From IMG/VR virus record IMGVR_UViG_3300032242_000714, positions 1 through 58,878 of that record: a stretch of 58,878 nucleotides of DNA. One strand, given 5' to 3'. How positions within the stretch are numbered: position 1 is the stretch's first letter; the number at the start of each line of letters is the position of its first letter. Below, piece by piece: positions 20,711 through 31,973 of the stretch. Under the pieces are notes generated by a model that was not told the origin of the DNA, ran no database searches, and saw only the letters and a list, made by a program, of their open reading frames with translations. The DNA comes from a virus (Duplodnaviria; Caudoviricetes). The position numbers and the translations under genes are program-made.

Positions 20711-22932
20711 TGAGTGCAATAAGCAATTTACCTCCATATACAGCATCAAACACTGCAACTTTATTAGTTCCTGTTGCTGATATTTCTGTCCAACCTGCTA
20801 AAACTTATGCTGCCACATTTGGAGATATAGCAACCTTTGTTGCTAATACTGTATTAGCAGGCGGTACAGGCGCTACTGGTCCTACTGGAGGATTTGGTCC
20901 TACAGGTCCAATTGGCGGTACCGGTTCAACTGGGGCAACTGGTGCTACCGGAGCAACAGGCCCTATTGGTAGTACTGGTTCTACAGGTGCTACTGGAAAA
21001 ACAGGTGCTACTGGTCCTCAAGGTCTCCCAGGGACTGTTGCACAAGCAGGCGGAACTGGTGCTACAGGTGCCACTGGTGCTACAGGAAATCCCGGTGCTA
21101 CTGGCGCAACTGGATCAACAGGTGCTACTGGTCCCATAGGATCAACTGGTGCTACTGGACCTCAAGGTATACCAGGAACATTTGCAGGTCTAGGTGGAAC
21201 AGGTGCTACTGGTGCTACAGGACCAATTGGATCAACTGGTGCTACAGGACCGATAGGAACTACAGGTGCTACCGGGCCTGCTGGAGCCACAGGTAATGGT
21301 TACCCAACGGTTACATCTAACACAACTAATACCATAGGTACAGGCAATCTTACATTTACTACAAATGTATATGATATTTCAAACACTGCCTATACAGTTG
21401 GTATTACTCTTATTATCAATGCTTACCTAACACAAAATTCCATGTATGCAACTATTGTTAGTTGGAATGGATTTACACTGATTGTTAATGTATTCGGCAC
21501 TAACGGGTCAGGAACATTCTCAGATTGGCGAATAGTTGCTTCAGGTCCTCAGGGTGCTACAGGCGCTCAAGGTATACCAGGTACCGCCGCTAATTTTGGC
21601 GGAACAGGTGCTACAGGTGCCACTGGTGCTACAGGACAGCAAGGATCAACAGGTGCTACTGGTTTTGGATTCCCAGGCGCATCTGGTGCTACAGGCAGTC
21701 CGGGGGCTACAGGCGCCACAGGCGCCACCGGTATAGGATCAACAGGAGCCACAGGCCTACAAGGACAATTAGGCTTAACAGGCGCCACAGGTGCCACCGG
21801 TAGTGGTGCTACAGGTGCAACAGGTGCTACTGGAAGCACTGGGCCCCAAGGTGCTACAGGACAATTAGGTAGCACAGGTGCTACGGGACCGCAAGGTGCT
21901 ACTGGAGTAAGTAATGTTCCAGGTGCTACCGGGGCTACAGGTGGACCTGGTTCTACAGGTGCTACAGGTTCAACTGGTGCTACTGGGCCTGCTGGGCCTC
22001 CTGGTGCTACAGGTAGTGGTGCTACAGGTGTACAAGGACAACAAGGTAACCCAGGTTCAACTGGGGCTACCGGCCCTGCTGGTAGTGGTGCGACAGGTGC
22101 CACCGGTGCTACTGGTGCAACAGGTCCTTTAGGCAACGACGGTGCTACTGGAGCCACAGGAATTGGAGCATCTGGACCAACTGGTGCAACAGGTCCATTA
22201 GGTCCAATTGGAGCAACTGGTGCCACTGGACGAGACGGTGTTGCCGCCATGCAGGGTGGAACAGGATCAACAGGAGCCACAGGTGCTACTGGTGCTACTG
22301 GACCGCAAGGTGATATAGGCGGAACTGGTGCTACTGGTGCTACTGGTGCAACAGGTGCTACTGGACCTATAGGGGCTACTGGGGCTACTGGTGCAACAGG
22401 TTCTACAGGTGCTACTGGCTACATTGGTGCTACTGGCGCTACAGGAGCATACGGAGTTGCTGGCGGGTATGTGTTTATACAATCTACCCCTTCAACAACT
22501 TGGAATATTCCGCATAATCTAGGTTATAGATATGTTCAAGTTGAACCAATTGATTCAAGCAATAATAGTTTTGTCGGACGTTATGATTACCCCACAATCA
22601 ACTTTGTTGATAGTAATAATTTAACTCTAACATTTAGCACAGCCCAATCTGGTTATGCTAATGTTAGTTCAGGTGGTGGACAGCAAGGACCTCAAGGTGC
22701 AACTGGATCAGTAGGTCCTCGAGGTGCTACTGGTGCTACTGGTGCTGTTGGTAATGACGGAGCAACTGGTGCAACTGGTCCAACTGGTGCTACAGGTGTT
22801 GTTACCGGAGCCAGTGGAGTTCCTTATAGTCCTGCAAATCCTACTGTATGGTCTGGTACACCGCCTGATAATATACAAGATGCAATAGACAGATTAGCCT
22901 ATCATTTATACCTAACATCAGGAGTAAGTTAA
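20710..22932 (+). CDS. Collagen-like fibre protein 1 (Gly-Ala-Thr repeats)
   Basis: Long G-X-Y runs dominated by GAT, interrupted by two globular inserts. Confidence 0.88.
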   Translation: MSAISNLPPYTASNTATLLVPVADISVQPAKTYAATFGDIATFVANTVLAGGTGATGPTGGFGPTGPIGGTGSTGATGATGATGPIGSTGSTGATGKTGATGPQGLPGTVAQAGGTGATGATGATGNPGATGATGSTGATGPIGSTGATGPQGIPGTFAGLGGTGATGATGPIGSTGATGPIGTTGATGPAGATGNGYPTVTSNTTNTIGTGNLTFTTNVYDISNTAYTVGITLIINAYLTQNSMYATIVSWNGFTLIVNVFGTNGSGTFSDWRIVASGPQGATGAQGIPGTAANFGGTGATGATGATGQQGSTGATGFGFPGASGATGSPGATGATGATGIGSTGATGLQGQLGLTGATGATGSGATGATGATGSTGPQGATGQLGSTGATGPQGATGVSNVPGATGATGGPGSTGATGSTGATGPAGPPGATGSGATGVQGQQGNPGSTGATGPAGSGATGATGATGATGPLGNDGATGATGIGASGPTGATGPLGPIGATGATGRDGVAAMQGGTGSTGATGATGATGPQGDIGGTGATGATGATGATGPIGATGATGATGSTGATGYIGATGATGAYGVAGGYVFIQSTPSTTWNIPHNLGYRYVQVEPIDSSNNSFVGRYDYPTINFVDSNNLTLTFSTAQSGYANVSSGGGQQGPQGATGSVGPRGATGATGAVGNDGATGATGPTGATGVVTGASGVPYSPANPTVWSGTPPDNIQDAIDRLAYHLYLTSGVS

Positions 22933-25900
22933 TTGAGCGCAATAACAAACCTAACACCGCTTAACACCGTAACTGGTGGTATGCTGTTGCCTATTGTAGA
23001 TACTACAGTAGAGCCATATACCACCAAACAGGTCAATATTGACAAGTTAGGGCACTATGTTAACAATGCTTTATTAAGCACAATTATTCCGCCTGCTACA
23101 ACAAGTACCTTAGGAGGTGTTATTGTAGGTGGCGGATTATCAGTTACTACCGCAACTAATACAGGAACCTTATCCCTAATTCCTGCTACTACAACCACAC
23201 TTGGTGGTGTTATTGTTGGGCAAGGACTCACAGTAACTACCAGCGGTGTATTAGTGGCTGTAAGTCAAATTCAGACAACTACTTGGGCAACACTAGCACA
23301 CGTTAATGACGGCCAAGGTCCGCTACAGGTAAACATAGGGCGTAATGCTGGTATATCAGGACAGGGTACATATTCTATAGCAATTGGATATCAGGCAGGT
23401 GAATTTAATCAAGGTATTACTCAAGGTGCTCCCTACGGAAATGCTGTTGCTATTGGTACACAGGCAGGACAAACTAATCAAGGTAATTCATCTGTTGCTA
23501 TAGGTAACAATGCAGGTACCACAAATCAAGCAGTCGATGCTATCGCTATTGGATGCTTTGCTGGTAATACAGGTCAAAACACTATGTCTGTTTCAATCGG
23601 TATTAGTGCAGGGCAATTTAATCAAGGCCGTGAGTCTATAGCAATTGGGCATAATGCAGGTGTTAATCATCAGGCGGCTAATTCCATTGTTTTAAATGCT
23701 ACAGGAATTACACTAGATACAGCACAAACTGGATTTTATGTTGCACCATTAAACATTAACAGTGGTAGTGGATTGATTTTATACTACAACACCACAACCA
23801 AAGAAGTAAGTTATGGAGTTATAAGTACCGCACTTATAGGTGCAACTGGATTTGGAGGTGCAACTGGTGCTACCGGTCTTTATATTACAACTGGTACTAT
23901 TGTTAATGGAACTGATTTACAACTAGTTTTTAATAACGGAAACGTAGCCAACGTTGGTCGTGTCATTGGGCCAATTGGCCCAAAAGGAGATCCAGGTACT
24001 ACAGGTGCTACTGGACCTGCAGGACAATCATTACCCGGGTCTACTGGTGCTACTGGCCCGCAAGGACCTTCGGGACTTGCTACATATCAAGGTGCTACAG
24101 GACCAAATGGTGCTACTGGTGCTACTGGACCTAAAGGTGATCCAGGCGGACCTATAGGATCAACAGGTGCTACTGGACCTCAGGGTATTCCCGGAAGAGG
24201 ATATGCAGGTCCAAAAGGTGATATGGGTACTTCAGGAGCCACCGGATCAACAGGCGCTACTGGATATTCGGGCAGTACTGGAAGTACAGGTTATCAGGGA
24301 GCAACAGGTGCTACTGGACAATATGGTTCAACAGGTGCTACTGGACCACAAGGTGCTATTGGATCAACAGGACCACAAGGTGCTATTGGATCAACAGGAC
24401 CACAAGGTAGCACAGGTGCTACCGGACCACAGGGGGTTATTGGATCAACAGGACCGCAAGGTTCTATAGGTAGCACAGGTGCTACTGGTATGGGTTCTAC
24501 AGGAGCAACTGGTTTAACTGGTGCTACTGGCGCCGCGATGCTCGCTGGCGCATACATATATACTCAATCTACTGCTACTACAACTTGGACCATAACTCAT
24601 AATCTAGGTTATCAATACCTACAAGTTGAGCCAGTTGATTCTAGCAATTATAGTTTTGTTGGTCGTTATGATTATCCATCAATTGATTTTATTGATACTA
24701 GTACACTAACATTAACATTTAGTTCACCACAAACAGGATTTGTAAATGTTAGTTCTGGAGGCGGACCAGTTGGTGCTACTGGTGCTGGGGCTACAGGTGC
24801 GTATGGATCTACCGGTGCAACAGGTTTACAAGGACAATTTGGATCTACCGGTGCAACTGGATTGGGAGGATCAACAGGTGCAACTGGAATAGGAACCACA
24901 GGTGCAACTGGAATAGGAACCACAGGTGCAACTGGATTGGGAGGATCGACAGGTGCAACTGGACAATTAGGTAGCACAGGTGCTACGGGAATTGGATCAA
25001 CAGGAGCCACAGGTGCTACAGGTGCTACTGGACTTAAAGGCTCTACAGGAGCAACTGGTTTAGGTGCTACTGGTGCTACTGGAAACAATGGCGCAACTGG
25101 TTCTACTGGACCACAAGGAGCAACTGGTCCTTCAGGTATTAACGGAGCGGCAGGTTCCCAAGGAGAATTAGGTGCTACTGGTGCAACTGGACCTCAAGGA
25201 GATCCAGGTGGTGCTACTGGCAATGACGGTGCTACAGGTGCGACTGGATTTACAGGGTATGACGGTGCTACCGGAGCCACAGGCCCTGCTGGATCAGGTG
25301 CCACTGGAGCCACAGGTAGTTGGGGGAGTTCAGGTGCTACGGGTGCTACCGGACAAACAGGTGCTACCGGAGCACAGGGAATATCTGGTGTTAAAGGAAC
25401 AACCGGTGCTCAAGGATCTACCGGTGCTACTGGACAGACAGGTGCTACTGGAGTTAGTAATGTACCCGGCGCAACGGGTGCTACTGGTCCTGCTGGTGCG
25501 ACAGGATTACCAGGAACATTTGCTGGTCAAGGCGGAACTGGTGCTACAGGAGTTCCAGGTGCTACTGGACAAACAGGTCCTGCAGGTGCAACTGGCGCAG
25601 GTGCAACTGGTGCCCAAGGATTAAAAGGTACTACTGGTGCCACAGGACCTGCGGGTATTAATGGTACTCAAGGTGCTACAGGTGCTAGTGGATATGTAGG
25701 AATGGACGGTGCTACCGGCGCGACTGGAGCCACTGGACCGCAAGGTGCTACTGGTATTCCGGGTGTTGCCGCTATGCAAGGTGGAACTGGTGCTACGGGA
25801 CCACAAGGTAGTACCGGTGCTCGGGGATCTACTGGTGCAACAGGTCCACAGGGGCAAATTGGTGCTACAGGTGCACAAGGTCAGATCGGTGCTACTGGCT

Positions 25901-26487
25901 CGCAAGGAGCAACTGGAGCAGGTGCTACCGGTTCACAAGGACCTATAGGATTTACAGGTGCATCAGGTTCAATTGGATTCACAGGTGGAACTGGGGCAAC
26001 TGGAGCAGGTGCTACAGGTGCCACTGGCGCACAAGGTGCTACAGGACCTGCAGGTGCAACTGGATTTGGATTAACTGGTGCATCAGGTTCAACTGGTGCT
26101 ACAGGGCCTGCTGGTGCTACAGGCAGTGGTGCTACAGGTGCAACTGGTGCTAGCGGGCCACAAGGTGCAACTGGAAATACAGGAACTGTTACTCTTGTAG
26201 GAAATACATACACTGTACAAACTCTAGTAGTGAGCACGTTGACAGTAGGCACAATAGGATTAGGTTCAATTGTATCTGGTAACGATTTAGCACTTAAAGC
26301 CGCAGGTCAAATTACTACAAATGCTCCATTTGTTTTAACAACTGCTACAACAAGTACATTAGCAACTGTTGCAGGTATAACGCAAAGAGGTGCTATGGTA
26401 TTTGCTTTGGACGCTGTTGGAGTTGCTCAACCTGTTTATTACGATGGAACATATTGGTGGACAATGAATAGAACAAGGATCTATTGA
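22933..26487 (+). CDS. Collagen-like fibre protein 2 with YadA-head-like repeats
   Basis: TTG start after GGAG; N-terminus paralogous to the previous gene (MSAI.NL); [12 protein letters not shown] repeats; (S/A)(I/V)AIG..AG repeats; long G-X-Y runs. Confidence 0.88.
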   Translation: MSAITNLTPLNTVTGGMLLPIVDTTVEPYTTKQVNIDKLGHYVNNALLSTIIPPATTSTLGGVIVGGGLSVTTATNTGTLSLIPATTTTLGGVIVGQGLTVTTSGVLVAVSQIQTTTWATLAHVNDGQGPLQVNIGRNAGISGQGTYSIAIGYQAGEFNQGITQGAPYGNAVAIGTQAGQTNQGNSSVAIGNNAGTTNQAVDAIAIGCFAGNTGQNTMSVSIGISAGQFNQGRESIAIGHNAGVNHQAANSIVLNATGITLDTAQTGFYVAPLNINSGSGLILYYNTTTKEVSYGVISTALIGATGFGGATGATGLYITTGTIVNGTDLQLVFNNGNVANVGRVIGPIGPKGDPGTTGATGPAGQSLPGSTGATGPQGPSGLATYQGATGPNGATGATGPKGDPGGPIGSTGATGPQGIPGRGYAGPKGDMGTSGATGSTGATGYSGSTGSTGYQGATGATGQYGSTGATGPQGAIGSTGPQGAIGSTGPQGSTGATGPQGVIGSTGPQGSIGSTGATGMGSTGATGLTGATGAAMLAGAYIYTQSTATTTWTITHNLGYQYLQVEPVDSSNYSFVGRYDYPSIDFIDTSTLTLTFSSPQTGFVNVSSGGGPVGATGAGATGAYGSTGATGLQGQFGSTGATGLGGSTGATGIGTTGATGIGTTGATGLGGSTGATGQLGSTGATGIGSTGATGATGATGLKGSTGATGLGATGATGNNGATGSTGPQGATGPSGINGAAGSQGELGATGATGPQGDPGGATGNDGATGATGFTGYDGATGATGPAGSGATGATGSWGSSGATGATGQTGATGAQGISGVKGTTGAQGSTGATGQTGATGVSNVPGATGATGPAGATGLPGTFAGQGGTGATGVPGATGQTGPAGATGAGATGAQGLKGTTGATGPAGINGTQGATGASGYVGMDGATGATGATGPQGATGIPGVAAMQGGTGATGPQGSTGARGSTGATGPQGQIGATGAQGQIGATGSQGATGAGATGSQGPIGFTGASGSIGFTGGTGATGAGATGATGAQGATGPAGATGFGLTGASGSTGATGPAGATGSGATGATGASGPQGATGNTGTVTLVGNTYTVQTLVVSTLTVGTIGLGSIVSGNDLALKAAGQITTNAPFVLTTATTSTLATVAGITQRGAMVFALDAVGVAQPVYYDGTYWWTMNRTRIY
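24343..24408 (+). repeat. 27-bp exact tandem repeat (about 2.4 copies) in collagen gene
   Basis: ggaccacaaggtgctattggatcaaca at 24343 and 24370, partial copy at 24397. Confidence 0.85.
24874..24936 (+). repeat. 24-bp exact tandem repeat (about 2.6 copies) in collagen gene
   Basis: acaggtgcaactggaataggaacc at 24874 and 24898, partial copy at 24922. Confidence 0.85.
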
Positions 26488-28061
26488 TGCGTAAGTATTA
26501 TGTCGTTGCTGATCATCCTACTCACAAACCAACAGTACATGCTGAATTAATAGCACCAACAGGTAGTGATACAATTCCTCACAGATCTGTCGAAGTTATT
26601 GATTCAATGCCAGGTAGTGAGCACAATGGTACATTTTATCTTACAGATCAAGAAGCAGAAACTCTTAAAGCAGATCCTAGAATTAGAGATGTCTGTCTCA
26701 GTGCAGAAGAACAAGGTCTTGTAAAAGGTGTTACAAAAGTTCGACCTGGCTTATTTGATAAGGCAACTTCTGCTACAACATCATCCCACAATTGGGGACT
26801 TATCAGATGTATTAACACAAACAGTGATGCAACATTTACTCAAGGTTATGGAAGTACTACTACAAACTACACCTATAACTTAGACGGTACAGGTGTGGAT
26901 ATTATTTTTATCGATACAGGGATAGAACCAGGACACCCAGAGTTTGCTGTTAACTCAGATGGTACAGGCGGATCCAGAGTTGTTAACATAGATTGGACAC
27001 AATTTGGAATCATAACTACTCAACCAACTGGCGGATTTATGGGAGACTGGGACGGACACGGAAGTAATTGTGCCAGTATAGCCGCAGGAAATACGCAAGG
27101 ATGGGCAACTGGTGCTTCAATTTATAGCCTTAGATGTATTCCCAGTGAGACTGGTGGTGTTACAAGTATATACAGCGGTGCAACCTTAGGTGCTGTCGAT
27201 AATTTGCAAGCATGGCAAACTATTAGGGCATTTCATTTAGCCAAACCTATTACATCAACAGGGTACCGTAGGCCAACAATTGTTTCATGTAGTTACGGTT
27301 ATAGTACAGGTTATACTCGATTATCCAGTATTACCTACAGAGGAACTACTCACGTAGTATCTACAACTACTGCCGCATATGGCACAATAGGTGCTCCACA
27401 AGGTGGCACAGGGTCATTCAATCAATTTTACTCTCCAGAAGATGCAGATATACAAAGTGCAATCAATGCGGGAGTTATTGTAGTAGGTGCCGCTGGTAAC
27501 AACAGCCACAAATGCGATGTACCCAGCGGACTAGATTATAATAACTATTGGACAGAATTTGGAACAGGATTTAATTATTACTATCATCAAGGCGGTACAC
27601 CCGGATCTACTCCCGGAGTAATTTGCGTAGGATGTATAGCCGCGTTTACAGCAGATACTGCAAGCGGTGAGGAACACAAACGCCAGTTTAGTGAAACTGG
27701 GCCACGTATTAGTATTTTTGCTCCCGGTGATTATATTATGGGTGCTTATGCTAACAGAGCATATGCTGGTGCCGCAGTTGCTGACTACAGAAATAGTGGA
27801 TATTATCTAAACAAAATATCAGGAACAAGCCAGGCTACTCCGCAGGTAGCAGGAGTGCTGGCATTAGTCTGTTCAATTAGACCCTGGTTCACTGCTACCA
27901 ATGCCTTAAATTTTATACAGGCTTCTGCAACTACATGGAACGTAAATGAAAATTATTATTCAGTAGCAACTGATTATAGTAATTTAGGTTTGTTACAAGG
28001 TGCTCCTTATAAGGTATTGTACAATCCGTTTAACTCTGCAACAGTGCTTAAAATTGACTAA
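26487..28061 (+). CDS. Subtilisin-like serine protease (peptidase S8), probably virion-associated
   Basis: Catalytic triad motifs IDTG, HGSNCASIAAG, SGTSQA; oxyanion AAGN; N-terminal propeptide-like region. Confidence 0.9.
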   Translation: MRKYYVVADHPTHKPTVHAELIAPTGSDTIPHRSVEVIDSMPGSEHNGTFYLTDQEAETLKADPRIRDVCLSAEEQGLVKGVTKVRPGLFDKATSATTSSHNWGLIRCINTNSDATFTQGYGSTTTNYTYNLDGTGVDIIFIDTGIEPGHPEFAVNSDGTGGSRVVNIDWTQFGIITTQPTGGFMGDWDGHGSNCASIAAGNTQGWATGASIYSLRCIPSETGGVTSIYSGATLGAVDNLQAWQTIRAFHLAKPITSTGYRRPTIVSCSYGYSTGYTRLSSITYRGTTHVVSTTTAAYGTIGAPQGGTGSFNQFYSPEDADIQSAINAGVIVVGAAGNNSHKCDVPSGLDYNNYWTEFGTGFNYYYHQGGTPGSTPGVICVGCIAAFTADTASGEEHKRQFSETGPRISIFAPGDYIMGAYANRAYAGAAVADYRNSGYYLNKISGTSQATPQVAGVLALVCSIRPWFTATNALNFIQASATTWNVNENYYSVATDYSNLGLLQGAPYKVLYNPFNSATVLKID

Positions 28062-28073
28062 TAAATATATAAT

Positions 28074-30503
28074 ATGAAAAGTAAAATATCTAGGTATACC
28101 GTTAATATTGACACTGCATTCCCGGTAGCAGGGCAGGACAATGATCCACAGGGATTTAGAGATAACTTTTCTAATATAAAATTTGCTCTTACTCAAGCAT
28201 CTATAGAAATAAATACCGCATCTCAAAATCTAAATCCTATAATTCATACTGATCTAATTATAGATCCGCCTACAAAATCATTAAACATAAATTCTGCTAC
28301 AATTGCATTAAGTCAAACTTTAAATGGAACGCCCATATTAAATATTTCTGGTGTTCATGATATATCGTTAAACAACGAAAAATTAGCAGCCAGCATTTCT
28401 TTAGGTAACATAAGTTTGCAATATCCTGAAATTGGACAAATGGCGTTATCTCCTACAGGTTCTTATATTGCCACAGGTAGTACAGGAACCGTAAGTCTAG
28501 GTACAGGAACATGGACAAAATTAAATTCGGGCATAGAAAGTAATAGACTTATTGTTGTTAAACCAACAGCATCGGTTAGTGCAATATCTCCTATACCAAA
28601 TGTTACCTGCGATGTATCAATGGGTACAAGATTTTATATACCTAATCCGGGAACAAATATTGCATTGAATTTTATAAATTTACCTCCTTCACCGTTTGAA
28701 GTAGAAGTATATGTTACAGTTAAATTAGCCCCTAATACATATAGCGCAATAGAGGGAATATTTATAAATGGTGGTGCTATTCAGACCACTATGACTGATA
28801 ATCCTGGAAGGTTTGTAGATGGGGGTGGGGGTGGTTTAACATATAGTTTAGACTCTCCGGGATGGGGATTCAAACAAAAAATTACAATTATGTCTACTGA
28901 AAAAGATCAGTATAGCATTTTTAGTACAGAAGACATATTCTTATCTCCTAGATCAGTATATTCATCTCAGTTAACACAAGATCAACTTACAAGTTATGTA
29001 CCTCCAGCAGGCGGATATGTTCCTCCTTTAGCAAATAACATACCTGGACAACAAGCATTAACAATAAACGGAGTAGGAGATGGCGGAACGCTAAATCTAC
29101 CAATTGCATATGGCGGGGTTCCATATTCATATACATTTACAATTGGAGGGACACAGTTTAATCCAAACATAAACTATGCTATAACTAGTGTAGGATCTAT
29201 AATTTCGGGACTATCATTAGCAATAGGAAAAAATAGTGCCACGCTACAGGGAGCGGCTGGATTAACTCTTGTAACTTCAAATTTTGATATAATTGTTTCA
29301 CCAAAGTATAATCCTACAGGTATTTCGTGTAGGGTACATGTTTCATTGCCAAATGCCAATGCACAAACCCAATCAACAAGAGTTGTAGAAGATGTCATTG
29401 CATCGGCTCCAACACCACCTCCAACACCATATACACCAGAACCTCCGCAGAAACCTTTTGTACAAGCATCTGCTGTTGCTGTTTCTAAACTGGATCCTAA
29501 GCCAGCACAACCTGTTGTAACTAATAATGTAACACCACCTGTGGCACCATCACAGGCAACAATAAAGCCTGGAGATCCAGTACCTGGTCAACCAGGGTTG
29601 GTTTACACAGGTGTAAGCAGTATTGGAACAGATAAAAACGGAAACGTTGGACTGATCCCTCAAACTGCAACCATAGAGCAAATGAGGCCGATATCGATAG
29701 AGGAGGGGAATGCACGGCTGGCGGCAGCGTTGGCGATAGTAGCGCCTTCCCAAAAGGTGGTCGATGTAAAATTAGAGGCTATTAATACTTATGGAGCACC
29801 ATTACCCGGATCAACTCCATACGATGACGGTACTTATGGATCACAATATCTTAACTATAATACAACAAATGCTGTCAAAATTCAAGCAACAATAAAAACA
29901 GCAGACGGCAGAACTAGAATACAGACTCTTGACTCAATAGATGCTGGTGGCTCATCCACCGTAGTCGGTGATGGGTTGCCCGGATTGGACGGAAAAGTCA
30001 TTGACTATAGGTATAGCAGTACGGCTGCCCCTGGAGGAGGGGTCTATTTACAGAACGGTGGTAATCTTACATATACCGTGCGTGATAATACAACTCAACC
30101 AACAGTAAATACTGTACCATTAAACAATATCTCAGCACCAACTACAGTAGCAGTAAATGACAACACTAGTGTTAGTGTAAATGCAGGTTCATCATATGCT
30201 GGTGCAACTTTAAACTTAATTACCACTACACCAGATAATACTAAAACTACTCAGCCAGTTGTAGCAGACAGTTCTGGAAATATTAATATTACAGGAATAC
30301 CTACTAGTCAACCAGGTAATGTTAATGTTACAGTTGTAGCAGATAACAGTAATCAGGTTTCTGCTAATATAGGCGTGGGTTATCGATCGCAACAGCAGAT
30401 CATACATCAGCAATACTTAGATTCTTTAACCACTCCTAGCACGAGCGGTGACGGGGGTGGTAGCGGTGACGTCTCAGGTGGTGGTGGCAGCGCAGGCAAT
30501 TAA
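28074..30503 (+). CDS. Virion structural/fibre protein (paralog of next gene, long C-terminal extension)
   Basis: N-terminus NIDTAFPVAGQDNDPQGFRDNF shared with 30525; Pro-rich linker; TAAATA at 28062. Confidence 0.7.
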   Translation: MKSKISRYTVNIDTAFPVAGQDNDPQGFRDNFSNIKFALTQASIEINTASQNLNPIIHTDLIIDPPTKSLNINSATIALSQTLNGTPILNISGVHDISLNNEKLAASISLGNISLQYPEIGQMALSPTGSYIATGSTGTVSLGTGTWTKLNSGIESNRLIVVKPTASVSAISPIPNVTCDVSMGTRFYIPNPGTNIALNFINLPPSPFEVEVYVTVKLAPNTYSAIEGIFINGGAIQTTMTDNPGRFVDGGGGGLTYSLDSPGWGFKQKITIMSTEKDQYSIFSTEDIFLSPRSVYSSQLTQDQLTSYVPPAGGYVPPLANNIPGQQALTINGVGDGGTLNLPIAYGGVPYSYTFTIGGTQFNPNINYAITSVGSIISGLSLAIGKNSATLQGAAGLTLVTSNFDIIVSPKYNPTGISCRVHVSLPNANAQTQSTRVVEDVIASAPTPPPTPYTPEPPQKPFVQASAVAVSKLDPKPAQPVVTNNVTPPVAPSQATIKPGDPVPGQPGLVYTGVSSIGTDKNGNVGLIPQTATIEQMRPISIEEGNARLAAALAIVAPSQKVVDVKLEAINTYGAPLPGSTPYDDGTYGSQYLNYNTTNAVKIQATIKTADGRTRIQTLDSIDAGGSSTVVGDGLPGLDGKVIDYRYSSTAAPGGGVYLQNGGNLTYTVRDNTTQPTVNTVPLNNISAPTTVAVNDNTSVSVNAGSSYAGATLNLITTTPDNTKTTQPVVADSSGNINITGIPTSQPGNVNVTVVADNSNQVSANIGVGYRSQQQIIHQQYLDSLTTPSTSGDGGGSGDVSGGGGSAGN

Positions 30504-30524
30504 ATATACATAACGAGACCAAGA

Positions 30525-31715
30525 ATGATTAGCACAATCACAAACTATAGCAATAATATTGACACACTATATCCTATCTCCGGACAGGACAATAACTCAC
30601 AGGGTTTTAGAGATAACTTTGCTAATATCAGGCAGGCCCTAAATATTGCGGCTAATGAAATTGACACATTAAATTTAAACCTTTCGCCTGTTGTTAACAA
30701 AACTGTGGTCCTACAAAATAGTTTAGGGCCTATACAGGGTACAACACTGGCACTAAGTAGTGCTACAATAAGTCTTGGACAAAACGAAGTTGATCCATCT
30801 CGAAGCCAACCTGTACTTAACATTGCCGGAGTTAAAGGAATATCTCTCAATGACGGATCAGTTTCACAGGTAAAGATTGTAAATTTACAACCTAGTGGAA
30901 CATGGCCGTATTCTAGTGCATTTGCTGTTGACAAACCAAATTTAGTTACAATAGGTGCAACGTTTCGGTTTTTTGGAAACGATACAACCTATACAATTCT
31001 TGATGTTAACTCAACTACAGTTTATCTAAACGGAGAATTTGATCCTGTTTATCTTTATAGCAAAGGAGTTAATACTGGTACAACGTTAACTCTTAACAAC
31101 GGAAAATTAGCAGGCAGTGTTTTCCAAACTAGAAATATTCCTGCGTCACCTGTCGGAAACGTTGGTGATCAGAAAGGGGCTATTAGCATTTCAACAAACT
31201 CTGTTCATATTTGTACAGCAAATTTTGATGGAACAACAAACATTTGGCAACCGCTAAACACTAACATAGAAAACAATGTGTTAGGTATTCTTAAGGCATC
31301 TTCAAGCACAATAAGTACATACCAAATTGGTAATACTGTGTTCACTTGTACATACGGTGTTTATACATGTGATTTATCTCAATATACAAGATTTCATATT
31401 CCCAGTCCCGGAAATGATACAGGTGCATTCCTTAATTTTATCAATGTGCCGCCAAGTCCTTGTCAGGTAGAAACTTCTATTACCATCAGTGTTCCTGAAA
31501 CTACCAGTCAATTATTCAGTGCAACGTCAGTACCAAAAATATTTGTCAACGGTGGCATTCCATTATCTTCAATTGATCGAGGGTTTGGATCAGTAAGCGG
31601 AGCGGCATGGCAATTAGCAACTCCTTCAACTGGCGGATATTATAAACACCGAATAACAATTTTATCAGAGACTCCTGGATCATACACTGCATTTTTAACC
31701 ACTAATGTATTCTAA
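30525..31715 (+). CDS. Virion structural/fibre protein
   Basis: N-terminus NIDTLYPISGQDNNSQGFRDNF; PASPVGNVGDQKG motif; TAAATA at 30501. Confidence 0.7.
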   Translation: MISTITNYSNNIDTLYPISGQDNNSQGFRDNFANIRQALNIAANEIDTLNLNLSPVVNKTVVLQNSLGPIQGTTLALSSATISLGQNEVDPSRSQPVLNIAGVKGISLNDGSVSQVKIVNLQPSGTWPYSSAFAVDKPNLVTIGATFRFFGNDTTYTILDVNSTTVYLNGEFDPVYLYSKGVNTGTTLTLNNGKLAGSVFQTRNIPASPVGNVGDQKGAISISTNSVHICTANFDGTTNIWQPLNTNIENNVLGILKASSSTISTYQIGNTVFTCTYGVYTCDLSQYTRFHIPSPGNDTGAFLNFINVPPSPCQVETSITISVPETTSQLFSATSVPKIFVNGGIPLSSIDRGFGSVSGAAWQLATPSTGGYYKHRITILSETPGSYTAFLTTNVF

Positions 31716-31957
31716 TGTTCAATCCACTACTTGAAGATCTTACACAACTGAAGGATTCTGAAATAGAAGCCAAAATAAACGAACTGTCTACAAAATATAG
31801 ACAGGCCGCTCGATTCAGTAGTATTAGTGTAACTCAACAATTGGCTATTGTGTACGAAGCATATAAAACAGAACAAAGTCGGAGACAGCAAGAAGCACTC
31901 AAACGAGCATTTTCAACCTCCAATAAGAGTCTAGATGGCTTGATTAAAAAAACTTAA
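31715..31957 (+). CDS. Hypothetical helical protein
   Basis: 80-aa ORF translationally coupled to upstream gene. Confidence 0.7.
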   Translation: MFNPLLEDLTQLKDSEIEAKINELSTKYRQAARFSSISVTQQLAIVYEAYKTEQSRRQQEALKRAFSTSNKSLDGLIKKT

Positions 31958-31968
31958 CCTGTTATAAT
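31940..31968 (+). promoter_or_regulatory. sigma70-type promoter
   Basis: TTGATT-17 nt-TATAAT; ATG 31974 lies about at +1. Confidence 0.65.
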
Positions 31969-31973
31969 AGTTC

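Noticed and set aside
20860-26190. Repeat arrays as possible CRISPR or DGR template/variable repeats
   Set aside because: Repeats are in-frame codon repeats without unique spacers; no cas or reverse transcriptase gene in the window; no adenine-specific mismatch pair seen
21567-26252. Long minus-strand and alternate-frame ORFs (PVAPVA..., VLLVL...) over the collagen genes
   Set aside because: Shadow ORFs produced by the GGN-GCN-ACN repeat, which lacks stops in other frames; no SD or promoter support
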